Positions 62,477 through 64,000 of a stretch of 64,000 nucleotides of DNA are shown piece by piece. Each line of letters opens with the position of its first letter. The first letter of the stretch is position 1. The notes under the pieces were generated by a model. The model worked only from the letters and a program-made list of their open reading frames with translations, did no database searches and had not been told where the DNA came from. Origin of the DNA: an uncultured Planctomycetota bacterium (GTDB lineage: Bacteria; Planctomycetota; Planctomycetia; Pirellulales; Lacipirellulaceae); NCBI GenBank assembly GCA_963719315.1, contig CAVRBU010000003.1:352001-416000 (forward strand), given 5' to 3'. A program made the position numbers and the translations under genes.

Positions 62477-63286
62477 TCAGCGGCTTTGCGGCTTTGCGTG
62501 AGATACGGTTGGCAAATTCGCTGCGAGCCAGGCGCGGAGGCGGGCCGCGTCGGTGCCGCGCGGCGAAGGATCGCTCGCGAACAAAATGTGGCCATCCGTG
62601 CCGACGACGACCATGCGGTTCGGCCAGCCGGCATACGCCCGGCCGACCTGGTTGTCGATCGCATCCACGGCGATCGGCATGCTGAGTTTCAACGTCCGCC
62701 CGCAAGCGGTCGCGGCCGCCGTGCGCTCATCGGACGTCGCGGCCTGCGGAATTTTCGTGAGCGTTGCCGTTCGCTGGCCATCGACGAGCGACAGCACCGA
62801 ATCGGGATGCGCCTCGCGGATGTAGACGAACAAGAATTTGGCCTGATCGCGGAAGTCGCGGTAGACGTCGTCAATCCCTTCCAATGCACGGCGGAACGGC
62901 GGGCAAGTGACGCTGCCGAAGATGAGCACGACGGGTTTTTGCGAGCGCAATTCTTTGAGCGAAACCGTCCGGGGACTGTCCTCCTTGCCCTTGGCCTTGA
63001 TGCTTTGATTTGTGTCGCGCCCATTTCGCTTGCCGCGCTCGGCGATTGCCTTCGCCTCCTCCGTCCCATTCGCGAGTGGGAGAGTAAATTCTGGCGCGGC
63101 CGCGCCAATCTGCAACTGATCGCGCCACCGCTCACTCAAATCCGGGGCCGTAATGATCTCGCCAGGCTTGGCTCCTTGCCGCGCGCCCCGCGCCCGCGTC
63201 GCGCGATCGGGCGGCTGGGCCCATGACGGCGCAATCGCTGGAACGGAAACCAGCATAACAAATAGCGACAAGACGGTGACACGCAT
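62477..63286 (-). CDS. Secreted iodothyronine-deiodinase-like thioredoxin-fold protein
   Basis: APEFTL, KPVVLIFGSVTCPPF, VYIREAHP, YAGWPNR. Confidence 0.8.
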   Translation of the reverse strand: MRVTVLSLFVMLVSVPAIAPSWAQPPDRATRARGARQGAKPGEIITAPDLSERWRDQLQIGAAAPEFTLPLANGTEEAKAIAERGKRNGRDTNQSIKAKGKEDSPRTVSLKELRSQKPVVLIFGSVTCPPFRRALEGIDDVYRDFRDQAKFLFVYIREAHPDSVLSLVDGQRTATLTKIPQAATSDERTAAATACGRTLKLSMPIAVDAIDNQVGRAYAGWPNRMVVVGTDGHILFASDPSPRGTDAARLRAWLAANLPTVSHAKPQSR

Positions 63287-63483
63287 GGCGGCACCCCCGT
63301 TAGAGATTCGCATTGAATTGCCTGCTCAGTAAACACCGGAAGTTAAATATTGTTTCGGATGAAATTCATAGGCTTCACTGACTTTGGCCCTGCCAGACGC
63401 GGCGAAGCAAATAGCGTATAATCGTTTAAGGGCACGTTCACGGAGAAGGAATTGTACCCGTCTTGCCGCGGAGAAGCTTCACT

Positions 63484-63750
63484 ATGAATCGCCAGCCACG
63501 ATACAGCAAGGAAGAGCATGCCCAGCGGGGGGAGGACGTGTACGAGCAACGACTGCGTGCCCAACTCGAACCGGACAAAGACGGCAAGATCGTCGCAATT
63601 GACGTCGATACTGGCGAGTACGAGGTGGCCGAGAAGGTGCTCGCGGCATCCCAGCGGTTGCTAGCCCGTTTGCCGGATGCTCAAGTTTGGTGTGTCCGGA
63701 TCGGCCACCGCGCGGTACACCGCTTTGGTCCCCGCTCCACGAGCGCTTAG
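63484..63750 (+). CDS. Small hypothetical protein paired with a clan AA protease gene
   Basis: GKIVAIDVDTGEYEV...RIG; ends one base before the protease ATG. Confidence 0.65.
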   Translation: MNRQPRYSKEEHAQRGEDVYEQRLRAQLEPDKDGKIVAIDVDTGEYEVAEKVLAASQRLLARLPDAQVWCVRIGHRAVHRFGPRSTSA

Positions 63751-63751
63751 C

Positions 63752-64000
63752 ATGATTTCCGGGACGGTCACTGATTTATTGGAAGCGACAGTCTCGCTGG
63801 AGGTGCGTGGCGACGACGGGAAATCGCATCCAGTTACGGCAATTATTGATACGGGCTTTAGCGGCGAACTGACTTTATCGCAATCGCTGATCGATTCCCT
63901 CCAGTTGCCGTAGCTATGTCGCCAACAAGGCATACTTGCCGACGGCAGCTTGCGCACGTTCGATGTCTACACGGGAATAATCGTGTGGGACAATCGCGAG
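63752..64000 (+). pseudogene. Clan AA aspartic protease with an internal TAG (63911-63913); runs off the window
   Basis: AIIDTGFSGELTL...LQLP*LCRQQGILADGS...VWD continues in frame. Confidence 0.7.

Noticed and set aside
63911..63913. In-frame TAG as pyrrolysine or recoding
   Set aside because: TAG is a normal stop in many genes here; a TGG-to-TAG change is more likely.

Overview
GC-rich bacterial chromosomal window, most consistent with a Planctomycetota (Pirellulales-like) genome. This assignment is inferred from dockerin-like/PEP-CTERM proteins, bacterial topoisomerase VI, GAF-HlyD/M50-HlyD genes and an OstA/LptD-like gene. The backbone holds two DUF4118-type histidine kinases, lysA, infA, a three-gene HlyD/site-2-protease operon, an AsmA-like gene, miaB, glnE, fmt, def, top6B/top6A, a tandem amt-glnK duplication with sigma54-like promoters, an LptD-like gene and a deiodinase-like gene. 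Accessory content includes several small toxin-antitoxin-like modules, most of them damaged, and seven PEP-CTERM genes plus one remnant. It also includes an AT-richer island (about 40.7-44.0 kb) of a putative toxin tip, membrane immunity-like genes and minimal Rhs stubs separated by GGGG...CCCC hairpins that two related IS5-like elements have hit, and a type IIG restriction-modification gene whose 3' tail is duplicated around a cargo gene. At least seven single-base frameshifts look like assembly indels. No rRNA, tRNA or CRISPR array was recognised. All family assignments come from motif recognition by eye, not database searches.
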